Source of the DNA: Phyllobates terribilis
Lineage: Eukaryota
NCBI RefSeq assembly: GCF_046119375.1
Contig: NW_027362771.1
Coordinates: forward strand, 586,272,001 to 586,336,000
DNA length: 64,000 nucleotides
Direction: 5' to 3'
The translations under genes were made by a program, and so were the position numbers. A model generated the notes under the pieces. It was not told where the DNA came from. It searched no databases and saw only the letters and a list, made by a program, of their open reading frames with translations. Shown here piece by piece: positions 51,301-63,587 of this stretch; within the stretch, counting starts at the first letter, position 1; each line of letters starts with the position of its first letter.

Positions 51301-52038
51301 CCCTGCACTTCAATCCGAGCTGCAGAGTCCTCCACATGTAATTTCCTCCCCGTCCGTCTTCCAGTACACGGGGTCTGTCTACTATTCCTTTGTGACCGTT
51401 TTTCGGGTTCTTCATTCTTTCCTATTGTCGATCTCTGTTCTGACCATTCTTCCATGGCTCGCTACATCCATTCGTCTCTCCGTGTCCCAGGTGCATCTCT
51501 GGCTCTGAGCAGATATTAATTCCTTTGTCTGTCTCTCGACACCACAAGAAGATTTATTGCTTCTTCTGGAATTACAAGATCGCGGCATTTCTATGAAATT
51601 TGCCTTTTTTTTTTGTAATGTCCTGGACTACAGTAAACTTCTCCATTCCAGTCTTCAGCCAAAACGTCCCATATTTTATATGTTCTCTGCTGATAGTACC
51701 ACTGTTCGTTATCTTTTCCATAAAAGGGCAATATAAATGTCCATATTTTCCTGCCCTTTCAGGTACGTGTTCTGATCCATAAAGAGGAGGCAGCAGTACT
51801 ATACCAGGTACTGTTCTCCTGGCATGTGTGTAGGCAAAAAGTCTGGTCTAGCAGATTGTAACCCAACAAAATGGAAACTGTACAGGCGAATATAAGAAAC
51901 TTTCTAATATATCTTATCAGAGAGATTGGCTTCCTCCCCCACTTATAAGACACTTCTTCCTTTCCCTCATGTCATCGACTCTGAAAAAAAAAGCTCATCT
52001 CAATCATGCTTGGACAAGACGGACTGGTAGCTCACTGT

Positions 52039-52430
52039 GTCAGGTTTTGCTGTCCATTATACTCTATGGAAAGGGGAGTGGGGAGGAGGCACAGGGAGAC
52101 ACAGGGGGGTCGTGTTGAGCTTACTAACAAGTCTTTCACCTCACCACATAGCTGGATTTACATCTACACAGCTGAGCTCTGCTGTATACTGTTCTCCATG
52201 ATGCTGCTTCTGTCTGTGCTAAAAGAGCAGGAATCCCTCAGGTTTTGCTGCCCATTATACCCTATGGAAAGGTGGGCGGGGAGGAGACACAGGAAGATCA
52301 TGCTGAGCTTACTAACAAGTCTTTTACCTCATGGCAGAGCTGGATTTACATCTACACTGCTCAGCCCTGCTGTATACTGTTCTCCATGCTGCTGCTTCTG
52401 TCTGTGTGTGCTAAAAGAGCATGAATCACC
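52039..52430. repeat. Diverged two-copy ~200-bp tandem duplication
   Basis: TCAGGTTTTGCTG(T/C)CCATTATAC...GAGCTTACTAACAAGTCTTT...GCTAAAAGAGCA occurs at ~52039 and ~52238. Confidence 0.75.
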
Positions 52431-52769
52431 CTATGTGTGTGCTATGCAAGAGAAACATCATAGCAGCTCCTCTCCTCCCAGCAGCTCAGCTAATCAAATG
52501 AGCCACTTATCTCGTACCCACTGATAACATGCTGACAAAGGGAGCAGATATCTGAATATCGGGGCACCTGTGGTTATAGAAGTATATCAGTAAATTGTAT
52601 AACTTTACTTTGTGTATAAAGCACAATGTGTGGGAGAAAAGCAAACAAGTCAGCACTAAACCACAGACATCTGTAAGACATCCACCACACACTCTGCAGG
52701 TACTTCAGACTGAGAAACTATATGGAGAAGAATATTGGGACGCCTCCAGGAGTTTTTCTGACCTCCCAT

Positions 52770-53640
52770 CCTACATCCATAGACTTTAATATGAAGTTGG
52801 CCCCTCTGCAGATATAACGGCTCCCGCTCTTCTGGGAAGGATTTCTACAAGATTTTGGAGGCGTCTGTGTGAATTTTTGCCCCTTTATCCAGAGCAGGAT
52901 TTGTGAGGTCAGACACTGATGCTGGAGGAGAGGGACAATCTCCATTCTAGTTGTTAGATGGGGATGAGGTCCAGGCTCTGGGTCATGTTCTTCCACCAAA
53001 CTTTCCCAACCATGTCTGTATTGACCTTGTGCACTGGGCACAGTCATGGGGAACAGAAAAGGGTCTTCCCCCCAAACTAATCGCACAAAGATGGAAGCTG
53101 CAATTGTGCACAATGTCTTGTGTATTAAAATTTCCCTACCATGGAACTAAGGCCAACCCCTGCAAGCCTATAGTATTATTCCTCTCCCACCAAACTGTAC
53201 AGCGGCACAATGCAGTCAGGGGGTAACGTTCTCCCGGAATCACCAAATCCAGACTCCTCCATCAGACAGAGATAGAGAATGTTTTTGTGTTTGTGCTGAT
53301 ACCAGAGGAGGTCTGGACTCTGCAATTATGGAGTCAGCAGAGCGTTGGTGACTTTTCTGCCGTCTGCTCCTCAGCACTCGGCTCCCGGCTCTGTAATGTT
53401 ATGGGGCCTCCACTCCATGGCTGAGTTGCGACGGATCCTTCTACTTCTCAATAATATCACTCACAGGTGATGGGGGAAGATTTAGGAGAAAGAAATGTCA
53501 TCAATGAACTTGTTACCCCGGTGGCTCCTATTACAGGACCGCGCTGGTGTCAGGGAGCTCTTCACCACCAGCCATTCTGTCACATGGTAGTAAAGGCAGA
53601 CAACATGGCAATGGGGCCAAATATTATACACCTGGGGCAG
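52770..53640 (-). mobile_element. Degenerate Tc1-like transposase fragment
   Basis: Minus-strand ORF 52718-53113 ends ...QKFTQTPPKSCRNPSQKSGSRYICRGANFI, and an alternative frame resembles the Tc1 C-terminus (LVESLPRRVEAVI..KG). Upstream FSDESRF-like sequence near 53240. Confidence 0.55.
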
Positions 53641-53699
53641 TGAAGCTGAATAAGAAACGTGAATTCAGTCATGAAGAAGTAACTCCCAATGGTGGATTT

Positions 53700-56600
53700 A
53701 AATCCCCACATCCAAGAAAATAGTTCATCATCAAGGTCCAGGTTGGCCTTTTTCATCTTATTAGAAATATCGTCCTGCTCTCTTTAATCTCAGCCTACAG
53801 GAGGTTTACGTTAGAGACAGAGCGGTGTTTCAGAAGAAGCAAATAGTCAGTTTGTGGCGCCGGAGTCGGAGCAGTAGAAAGACAGGAGGTGGCAGATTGA
53901 AAGTGGTCCTAGTGACGGGGCAGCCAGCCTCCTAGTCTACACTTTGCTGAAGAAGACGCTTACAGCATCTCCAAAACAGCCAGAGTCCTGTATTGTACTC
54001 TAAAGTCCAGCAAAAGCATGGAACAGCTGTCATCGAGAGGGCACCCGGGGTACAGACAGCACGACTGCTAAGAATGTAAGACAGACTTTATTGTTCTAAA
54101 ACTCAAAGACATGCGAGTAATTCCATTCTCAGACGTTCCCGCTAGTTTCATTCATGGTCTGTTATTTCCTGCTCTATGGCTGATATTGATTTGCTGGACT
54201 GTGTTTTCTGCAAATGGTCAATTGTGAGTTTGTCATTTGCACCCCACTAGTCCTCCCTCGCGTTACACCGTTCACCAGGTATGGTCAGGTCTTCACCACT
54301 TGGTCTCCCTGTACGTCATCATGGTAATCATGACACCATTCGAGTCAAGGGATCTTCCTTCAACCTTTCCTACTGATCAGGTTTAGGACGTTAGGATCAC
54401 GTAGGTAGATTACTCTCGAGCTTATACCATATTGTCCTCATTGCCAAATAGTTTTCCTACTTTCTCCTTAGCTACAAAGACCGTAAATATGGTCATAAAA
54501 AGGGATCACCGAATGGTGCGTAAACATCCTAATAAACTATCATCCAATACTAATAAAAATCTTGAACAATTCACACTTTACATTATTGGTGACTCTTCGC
54601 TGAATTCTTAGAAGCAGCTGTAGAGATAAAGGGAGGTAAAGGTTTGACTTTCCAAACATTTTGACATGCTTAATACAAAGCTTTGTGTCTTTTCTTTGTA
54701 GTCTCCGTGTTTCCCCGCAGACACAGATGCTACGGATGCTGCATCCTGATTTACGGGAATTCCTCTTGCATGCCGAGCGTGCCTGGCAATTTTTTAAGCA
54801 GGTTTCACTGGTTAGACTGGAATGCGTTGGGAGAGATGGAAATTAGCTTTCCAGATGCTGCTAAAAATAGTGATGGACCAGAGAAGGGAGTACTGTCACC
54901 CCAAGGGGGATGCCGATTGACGTGCAGACGGAGCAAGAAGCACATGATAAACACACACCTGGCTATAATATTAACGCTATCGCACATACAATATCTTGGC
55001 ACCAAGTGATAACCCATATGATTACACAGAACTAAGAGATTCCTACTTTTCAGACTTCTGTTGATGCTTTTACTTAGTTGGTATAACTGCACCTAACAGT
55101 ATAAGTGTAATAGAATTTCCATCGCCCAAATTGCTAAAAATGTGAATTATTAGTCTTGTATCTCAAGGATAACAAATAACCAGACCAGGTGTAGCCAGAT
55201 CATGCAATCCCTCTCACTTTCATCTGTCCCCATTACATTTATTAGATTGCCAAGAAGTAGGACATTGATGGAAAAAAGGAATGACATCATGATCAGACTA
55301 CACAGGGTTTGTTTGTTGTCTGTTACCATGGAGAAACAGAAGACTGAATAGGAAGTGTTCATACATAACAATGGGGGGGTACTATGCAAAACTAGAAACG
55401 TGCAATGGATAACATTGGTGCTCTTTCTGGAGTTAAAAAAAACAGATCTTCTTTACTGTAAGAGCAGCAAGACTAGAGGACATCATGTTGGGATGGTTGA
55501 TTTAATGAAAAAGCTCAAAAAGAGCCTGGATGCCCTTCTTAAAAAATATTTTATATTTATATATGGTTGGTCCATGAAGCCTCTGCTTCCGATGAGCAGG
55601 TTTGAACAGCATGGAAAGCTGGTGCTGGTGTAGCAGGGAGGATGCGTTAGTAACACAGCAGTATCAAAGATGTAAGCCATAATGGTTGTAGAGAAGATGA
55701 TCTGATGGAGCGAAACTGGAGTAGTGGCGACATGGATGTAGAAGAGTTAAGCAGCAGATTTAGTGTAGTGGAGACTTAGATGTCTCAAAGCTGAGCCACG
55801 GAGTTGGAGTGGTGGAGACGTGGATGTCACAAAGCTGAGCCACGGAGTTGGAGTGGTGGAGACGTGGATGTCACAAAGCTGAGCCACGGAGTTGGAGTGG
55901 TGGAGACTTGGATGTCACAAAGCTGAGCCACGGAGTTGGAGTGGTGGAGACGTGGATGTCACAAAGCTGAGCCACGGAGTTGGAGTGGTGGAGACGTGGA
56001 TGTCACAAAGCTGAGCCACGGAGTTGGAGTGGTGGAGACTTGGATGTCACAAAGCTGAGCCACGGAGTTGGAGTGGTGGAGACTTGGATGTCACAAAGCT
56101 GAGCCATGGAGTTGGAGTGGTGGAGACTTGGATGTCGCAAAGCTGAGCCACGGAGTTGGAGTGGTGGAGACTTGGATGTCACAAAGCTGAGCCACGGAGT
56201 TGGAGTGGTGGAGACTTGGATGTCACAAAGCTGAGCCACGGAGTTGGAGGGGTGGAGACTTGGATGTCACAAAGCTGAGCCATTGAGTTGGAGTGGTGGA
56301 GACTTGGATGTCACAAAGCTGAGCCACTGAGTTGGAGTGGTGGAGACTTGGATGTCAGGAAGGTAAGCCTCGAAGTTGGAGTGGTGGAGACTTGGATGTC
56401 ACAAAGCTGAGCCATGGAGTTGGAGTAGTGGAAACTTGAATGTCAGAAAGCTGAGCCACGGAGTTAGAATGGTGGAGACTGACATAGCATAGTGGAGATG
56501 AATTATTGGGCAGGAACTACAACTATCTGAATACTAAGGCTGAGCCTAGTTACCTGAAACCGTTTTATGACCTCATCGGAAGGCATCAGGTTGCTGCAGA

Positions 56601-57100
56601 AATCCAACACCTGCAGAAAAGAAATGGAATCAGCTGAGAGAGGAAGGCAACGCAGCACTTGGCAATGGAACCAGGGCAGTGGAGAACCAGTAGCTGCCTT
56701 TTAGGCCTTCTCACAGAAGAGAGAGGAGTTTGGCATGGAACTTCTTGAGCAAATTTAAAGCATTAATGTCCTCTTTAGGTACTCAATTTCTCTCTTCAGG
56801 AACATATAACTTTCAGTCGCTCAGAGAAAATAGCCTCCCGTGACCCACTTGCAGTCCAGGTTTTCGTTAACGTCATGTTTCCTGCTGGAATCTTGGAGGG
56901 AAACATGGAAGGTTTAAAACTCAGTAGAGAGGACAAAGCAGAGAGACATGAAAGCTGTGGGAAACTTAAGAGTAGGAGGCAATTTCAGTGAAAAGGTGAC
57001 TGCATTGATTTGAATGGGTCAGTTTATCTAGGAGAAAACTTCATGCAGGAGACCTTGAGGTCGATGTTCCCAGTAGAGAGCTCAACCTCATCCCCACGAG
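53700..57100 (-). mobile_element. Possible heavily degraded LINE (L1-like) remnant
   Basis: Only weak motif resemblance in short minus-strand frames (e.g. LRLHVNRHPPWGDSTPFS, like the L1 endonuclease DxWRxxHP..DYTFYS segment). Boundaries uncertain. Confidence 0.3.
55790..56470. repeat. 44-bp minisatellite (~15 copies)
   Basis: Unit GAGCCACGGAGTTGGAGTGGTGGAGAC(G/T)TGGATGTCACAAAGCT, degenerating toward the right end. Confidence 0.95.
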
Positions 57101-57514
57101 AAATATCTAGTGCAGGATGTCTCGAATTATCTGCATTCTTCTTAGCCTTGGTCACAGATACAGTTGTGTGAAAAAGCGTTTGTCCCCTTCCTGATTTCTT
57201 ATTCTTTTGCATGTTTGTCACACTTAAATGTTTCAGATCACAAAACAAATTTAAATATTAGACAAAGATAAATAAACAAAAAATGCAGGTATTAAATGAA
57301 GGTCTTTATTATTAAAGGGAACCTATCAGCGGGCTTTTGCTAAGTAAACTACAAGCATTGTCATGTTGGGGCTGTTGCACTGATTAAAATGATACTGAGG
57401 TGAAGAAATCCATCTTGTGGTTCTTGTCTAATCAGTGTTTGCAGTTTTGAGTTAATGAGATTCTCGTGATCTGGGGAGGGACTGTGGGCAGAGTCTTATC
57501 CTGGTGCTCTAGGC

Positions 57515-59007
57515 CAGAGGTCCCCAACCGCCGGTCCGCGGACCAGGACCGGGCCATTGGGGTTTTTCAGCCGGTCCGCGGGGAGAGGGGGCCCCTCCAG
57601 CCTCCAGCAGGGCCGCCATCAGGGCATGACTGCCCTGACTCCAGTATGGGGCCCGGCCGGTAGGAGCCCCCTCGGAGCCCCCCTCTTGTGCGTCTCTCTC
57701 CTCATGGGGCCCCCGGCCGCATGCTAAGCGCCGGGTCCGGGACATCTTAGCGCTGCGCTGCTGCGGCAGCACCTTCATGATTCCCCTGACTTCCGGTCAT
57801 GTGACGGCGCCGTCACATGGCCGGAAGTCAGGAGAACCTGGTGTCAGCGATTTGGACGAGCGCCAGGATTCTGCAGGGATCGCATGGGGGTAAGTATAAC
57901 AAGTTTTATTTTTTTTTAAATACAATTAACTAGGAGTGGGGGGAATGGGAGATGCACATGGGGGGAGGGGAGAGATGAGAGATGCACATGGGGGAGGGGA
58001 GAGATGAGAGATCCACATGGGGGGGAGGGGAGAGATGAGAGATGCACATGGGGGAGGGGAGAGATGAGAGATCCACATGGGGGGGAAGGGAGAGATGAGA
58101 GATGCACATGGGGGAGGGGAGAGATGAGAGATCCACATGGGGGGGAGGGGAGAGATGAGAGATGCACATGGGGGGAGGGGAGAGATGAGAGATGCACATG
58201 GGGGGGAGGGGAGAGATGAGAGATGCACATGGGGGGGAGGGGAGAGATGAGAGATGCACATGGGGGGGAGGGGAGAGATGAGAGATGCACATGGGGGGAG
58301 GGGAGAGATGAGAGATCCACATGGGGGGGAGGGGAGAGATGAGAGATGCACATGGGGGGAGGGGAGAGATGAGAGATGCACATGGGGGGGAGGGGAGAGA
58401 TGAGAGATGCACATGGGGGGAGGGGAGAGATGAGAGATGCACGGGGGGGTGAGAGATGCACGGGGGGGGGTGAGAGATGCACGGAGGGGGATGAGAGATG
58501 CACGGAGGGGGATGAGAGATGCACGGAGGGGATGAGAGATGCACGGAGGGGGATGAGAGATGCACGGGGGTGAGCTGCACATGGGGGGGTGAGAGATGCA
58601 CATGGGGGGGTTATGTTTACATAACTTTGTTGCCTTATGAAGGGCGGGGGGGGGGCCCCCAAAAATTTCTTGCACAGGGGCCCACTACAGTCTGTGTCCG
58701 CCCCTGGGATGAAGTAAATGCAGCTGAACAGCAGCTGTCAGGACAGCTGCCCTGTCCTGCTGCAGGGCGTGATGGGGCCTCAGTGATGCGGCTCCTGGCA
58801 CAGCACATTATGTGGGGCTCCTGGCATAGCTCCTGGCGGGGACCTGGTCTACACTATATGATAAGTATGCACTAAACTCCAAATCCCTCCATTACCCCGC
58901 CCCCATATGACCAAAGCCCCGCCCACCCCACCCCCTCCTTGCTGGGCCATGGAAAAATGATCTTGCTTCAAGCCGGTCCCTGGTGCAAAAAAGGTTGGGG
59001 ACCACTG
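57515..59007. mobile_element. Non-autonomous hAT-type element inside the MITE
   Basis: 8-bp TSD CTCTAGGC at 57507-57514 and 59008-59015. TIRs CAGAGGTCCCCAACC and GGTTGGGGACCACTG. Confidence 0.88.
57940..58610. repeat. G-rich minisatellite (29-32-bp units grading into ~21-bp units)
   Basis: GAGATGAGAGATGCACATG(G)nAGGGGA repeats, then GAGAGATGCACGGAGGGGGAT units from ~58440. Confidence 0.95.
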
Positions 59008-59876
59008 CTCTAGGCCAGATCAGCAAGAAAAGACCTGTCCACAGGCCAGTCCTAAAGCACAAGTATGGTCCTCATCATAGAGACTGACAGACAGAGAGAC
59101 AGCCAGAGGCGGATAGACAGCAAGACTCTTGCTGACTGTGTATCTCTCTCTGGCTGTCTATCTATCTCTGTCAGTCTCTATGATGAGGAACACACTTGTG
59201 CTTCAGGGCGGCCCGTGGACAGGTCTTTTCTTGCTGATCTGGCCTAGAGCACCAGGATAAGACTCTGCCTATAGTCCCTCCCCGGATCACGAGAATCTCA
59301 TTAACTTAAAACTGCAAACACTGATTAGACAAGAACCACAAGATGGATTTCTTAACCTCAGGTATCATTTTAATCAGTGCAACAGCGCCAACATGAAAAT
59401 GCTTGCAGTTTACTTAGCAGAATCCTGCTGATAGGTTCCCTTTAAGGGAAAAAGAAATCCAAACCTACAGAGCCCTGTGTGAAAAAGTGATTCCCCCCTT
59501 AAAACATAAATTCATTGTGGTTTATCACATTTTTGGGAAGCTGAGTTCAACTTCTCTAGTCACATACAGGCCTGATTACTGCGACACCTGCTCTCAATCA
59601 AGAAATCACTTAAATAGGACCTGCCTAACAAAGTGAAGTAGACCAAAAGATCCTCAAAAGCTAGACATCATGCTGCAATCCAAAGAAATTAAGGAACAAA
59701 TGAGAAACACAATAGATCCAGATCAGTCTGGAAAAGGTTATAAAGCCATTTCTAAAGCTTTGGGACTCCAGCGAACCACAGTGAGAGCCAGGAGGGGCTG
59801 GCTCTGAGGGAGTATAGGCAAGAGTCCAGTCGAATTGTCTGGTCTCCATAACCAGATTGTTAAGGGCAAATTCAGC

Positions 59877-60240
59877 TTAAAGAGATTGTCCATTACTAGG
59901 ACTACCCCTTCTCACTCCCCATATTTGGCACCGATAAAATAAAAACATCTATACTCACCTCCCGTGCTGGCGCCATCTCAGTCGTGCCGGCACTCGCATT
60001 CCCGGGGCTCTCATGCAGTTGTTATGACATGTTAGCTGCATCCAATGAGCGCCAGACTCACTGTCCTCGCCTTCGGACAAATCGAACATGAAGAGGAAGT
60101 CAGGGCTGCGGCTGCTCTCCCTTCCTCTTCTGCTGAAATGGCGCTGGCACGGGAGGTGAGTATAAGTGTTTGGTTTTTTTTATCGGGGCCAAACATGGGG
60201 AGTGAGAAGGGGTTGTAGTAGTAGTGGACAACCCCTTTAA
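59877..60240. mobile_element. Palindromic TTAA-flanked MITE
   Basis: TTAA at 59877-59880 and 60237-60240. Arms TTGTCCATTACTAGGACTACCCCTTCTCACTCCCC / GGGGAGTGAGAAGGGGTTGTAGTAGTAGTGGACAA and TATACTCACCTCCCGTGC / GCACGGGAGGTGAGTATA. Confidence 0.88.
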
Positions 60241-60299
60241 AGAAGATTACGCAAATTGTCTTGATGGGCATTTGAAAATATCACAAGATATTGCTCCAT

Positions 60300-61230
60300 G
60301 AACTGATTAGTTCTCTCAGTCTGAATATTGCTCTGAGAATGGTACACAGAAGAGAAGTCCAAGGAAATTCTAAGCACCACCATCTTGGAGGATTGGTCCA
60401 CCAATAAGCTTCGTCATGGATCTTGCTGCTCTCTGAGTCAGTAGACAATTCAGACCAGGGTTCCTGAGGGATGGAAAGAGGTTGTAAGATTCTTAAAGGT
60501 GCCAGTTCAAAAGGTTTTAACTAGTAAAATTTGGTACATGAAGCAACAAATACCTTCACATCTTGTCTTCACTTGGGACACTAGTAAAAAAAAAAGAGTA
60601 ATGAATTCTGCAGTCCATATGATTCAAGGATACCCGGAAAGGAATGAGCCCAAGACAAAATTTCCCAGTGAAGGTTTTTTAAAACAGAGGATTATCACTT
60701 TGAATGAATATTGGGAAACATATTGATCGGTGCTAGAATGCCTTTGGGTTCAATGATGTGGATAGGAGTCTTCTCAGAGATGAAGGATTGTCAGATCTAG
60801 AAAATGCATCAGTTCAGTATATTTTTTCCAGTAGAACGATAAGCAACAATAAAGTTAAAACTGAGAGAAGAGTGCCCAACGTATATGGCGAAGATTCAAT
60901 CTACCGGCTGATTGAAGATAAGTACGATATTAATGGCCAGTATAGATAGTTACTTCAAACTTATCTCCCTCCAGGAGAAGCCGACATTCCAAGCTAATAT
61001 ATGAACAAGAAGTTCACAGTCATAGATGAAACAGTTCTTCTAAACATGTTGGAGAAACAGCAGCGAGGGTGGTTCTTCCTCTCATTGGATTACTGCGAAA
61101 ATTTGGCTCATACTCTTTTGGAGGTAGCAAGTACAAAAAAAAATTGGCTAGTTAATGTCAAGGTGATGCAGAATCGGTGCAGAGGGGAAGTGAGACTTGA
61201 GGACACTAAAGATTTGTATTGTGGAATCTG
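60300..61230 (+). mobile_element. Possible degraded L1 ORF2 C-terminal fragment
   Basis: IEDKYDINGQYR*LLQ near 60910-60960 resembles L1 ORF2 C-terminal segments. Otherwise riddled with stops. Confidence 0.3.
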
Positions 61231-61499
61231 ATTAATTTGGGAAATTTACCTTTATGACCAGGGGTGGATTAAGGATAGCCAGGGCCCTTGAGACTGCGTG
61301 GGCCCCCCTGCCCCACGTGACAGGTCAGGGTTCACCATATACCTGAAACATTATTTCTGAAAAAAATAGCTGCGGAGTGAAACTATAACATAAAAAACAT
61401 CCATTAATCTAAAATTTACCTTCACTTAAAAAAATACTTTAAGCCATAGTATTGAACAGACCAACTTTAATATGTAAACAAGTCTCTACGAGTGGTGAC

Positions 61500-62120
61500 A
61501 GTTTCCACACGTACCGGAGACACTGACACACAGACCCATTCAAATCTAAGGGTCTGCGCAAATGTCAGTGTGTTTCAATGGACCGTGTGTTCATGTGCTC
61601 CACACGGAGATATTTCCGTTTTTTTGCGGATACATGGTCCACAAAACAGTCTCACACTGAACACACACGGATGACATCCGTGTGTCATCAGTGTGACATG
61701 TACCGGCGCCTGGGAATCAGCCGGGGGCTGAACACTGCCCTCATCATGGATCCCTGCCGGTGCTCCGATCAGCACAAGCAGGGACAATAGCGAGAGTAGT
61801 ATCTGCGCCTGCAAAAATAAGATTAAAATAATAAAATCCATGTACTCACCTCTCCTAGGTTTCCCCCGCTGTAATCCATGCGACCGCTACTGCTGAGGAG
61901 CCAGAGAGAATGAGCCGCTCCGTAGCTGCGCTCTGTGAGTGACAGGACACTGCTCCTAAGTGCAGCTCTGGAGCCGCTCACTGTAGCTGCTCATTTTCCC
62001 CGGCTCCTCTGTCAGCAGTCAGAGGATTACAGTGTGGGACACTTAGGAAAGGTGAGTATATGGATTTTATTACTTTAATCTTATTTATACACAGGGACAC
62101 TGCGGGAGCAGACACTACTA
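61500..62120. mobile_element. MITE-like element with internal hairpin, truncated on the right by the L2 insertion
   Basis: AATAAGATTAAAATAATAAAATCCATGTACTCACCT (~61815-61850) pairs with AGGTGAGTATATGGATTTTATTACTTTAATCTTATT (~62050-62086). Confidence 0.55.
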
Positions 62121-62170
62121 CCCTCATCATTGTCCCTTGCTCGCACTAATCACAGCGCTGGCAGGGAATC

Positions 62171-63587
62171 GTGATCACCAGCTCCTCCTCACTATGCTCC
62201 GCTCTATAGGCCTCAAGGACACTGTTCTCTCCTGGTTCTCCTCCTATCTCACTGACCGCTCCTTCTCTGTGTCTTTTGCCGGCTCCTCCTCCTCTCTCCT
62301 TCCCCTTACTGTCGGGGTTCCTAAAGTATCAGTCCTAGGCCCCCTTCTTTTCTCCTTATACACTGCTCCTATTGGACAAACAATCAGTAGATTTGGTTTT
62401 CAGTACCATCTCTAATTATACACCTCTGCTCCGGACATCACCCCTGCATTATTACAAAAGACCAGTGATTGTCTTTCTGCTGTGTCTAACATTATGTCCT
62501 CCCTCTGTCTAAAACTGAATCTGTCAAAAACTGAACTACTCGTCTTTCCTCCCTCCACTAACCTACCTGTGCCCGATATTGACATTCCCGTTTGTGGCTC
62601 AACCATTACTCCCCAGCAACAAGCCCGCTGTCTTGGGGTCATTTTTGATTCAGATCTTTCCTTCACTCCTCACATCAAATCACTCGCTCGTTCATGTCAT
62701 CTACAGCTGAAAAACATCTCAAGAATCAGGACTTTTCTCACCTTTGACTTGGCAAAAACTCTTACTGTAGCTCTTATTCATTCTCGTCTCGATTATTGCA
62801 ACTCTCTACTAATTGGTCTTCCTCTTAGTAAACTCTCCCCTCTCCAATCCGTCCTTAACGCAGCAGCCAGGATCATATTCCTCTCCAACCGCTACACCGA
62901 TGCCTCTTCCCTGTGCCAGTCATTGCATTGGTTACCCATCCAATATAGAGTTCAATATAAACTCATCACCCTCACCCACAAAGCGCTCCATGCTTCATCA
63001 CCGCCATACATCTCCTCCCTCATCTCAGTCTACCACCCTTTCGGTGCCCTCCGTTCTGCCAATGACTTAAAACTAAAATCCTCCATAATCCGAACTTCCC
63101 ACTCCCGTCTCCAAGATTTCTCGCGTGCTGCGCCAATTCTTTGGAATGCACTACCCAGGACAGTCCGATTAATTACCAATACCCCCAGTTTCAAGCGGAC
63201 CCTAAAAACCCATTTCTTTAGACTGGCGTATCACCTCAACACACTATCTATCCCAGTTTTGGCCCATATTAAAATCTTCTTCAATTTCAGGTTCATACCA
63301 TCCATGTACTTAATAGCCTCAGTCAGGACTGTACACATACTGGCTGGTGACCAGTCCATGTATTATTTATCCTATATAGTATATCAAGGCTGCATTATAC
63401 AGTATATGTACTTTTTACCTTTTGTGTCTCCCCTATTTCCTCATAGACTGTAAGCTTGCGAGCAGGGCCCTCACTCCTTTCGATATGTGATTTGCTTATT
63501 CTGTATTGTCTGTATAAGTCCCCCCCTAAAATTGTAAAGTGCTGCGGAATATGTTGGCAGTATGAAAATAAAAACTATTATTATTAT
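62171..63587 (+). mobile_element. 5'-truncated L2 (CR1/L2 group) LINE, RT 3' half plus tail
   Basis: DHQLLLTML...[13 protein letters not shown]...[14 protein letters not shown], then LNLSKTELL, LIHSRLDYCNSLL and LHWLPI motifs. YADD is lost by deletion. Ends in AATAAAAAC(TAT)n. Confidence 0.88.

Larger units (their letters stand above)
57316..59441. mobile_element. Palindromic TTAA MITE (~630 bp without its insert) inside the Tc1 left TIR
   Basis: TTAA TSD at 57312-57315 and 59442-59445. Termini AGGGAACCTATCAGC and GCTGATAGGTTCCCT. ~200-bp arms are near-perfect inverted repeats, and the interior 59016-59240 is also self-complementary. Confidence 0.9.
57161..59790 (+). mobile_element. 5' part of a Frog Prince-like Tc1 element, interrupted by nested insertions
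   Basis: TA|CAGTTGTGTGAAAAAGCGTTTGTCCCCTTCCTGATTTC left TIR, inner DR TGTGTGAAAAAGTGATT near 59477, and decayed transposase start MLQSKEIKEQMRN...SGKGYKAISKALGLQRTTVRA at ~59670-59790. Similarity to Frog Prince is from memory. Confidence 0.8.

Noticed and set aside
51173-51519. Short ORFs on both strands that might be exons of a fourth gene
   Set aside because: No recognisable homology or consistent splice chain. More likely decayed LINE sequence among transposon debris.
57916-58675. Pro/Ser/His-rich 223-249-aa minus-strand ORFs
   Set aside because: Translations of the G-rich minisatellite.
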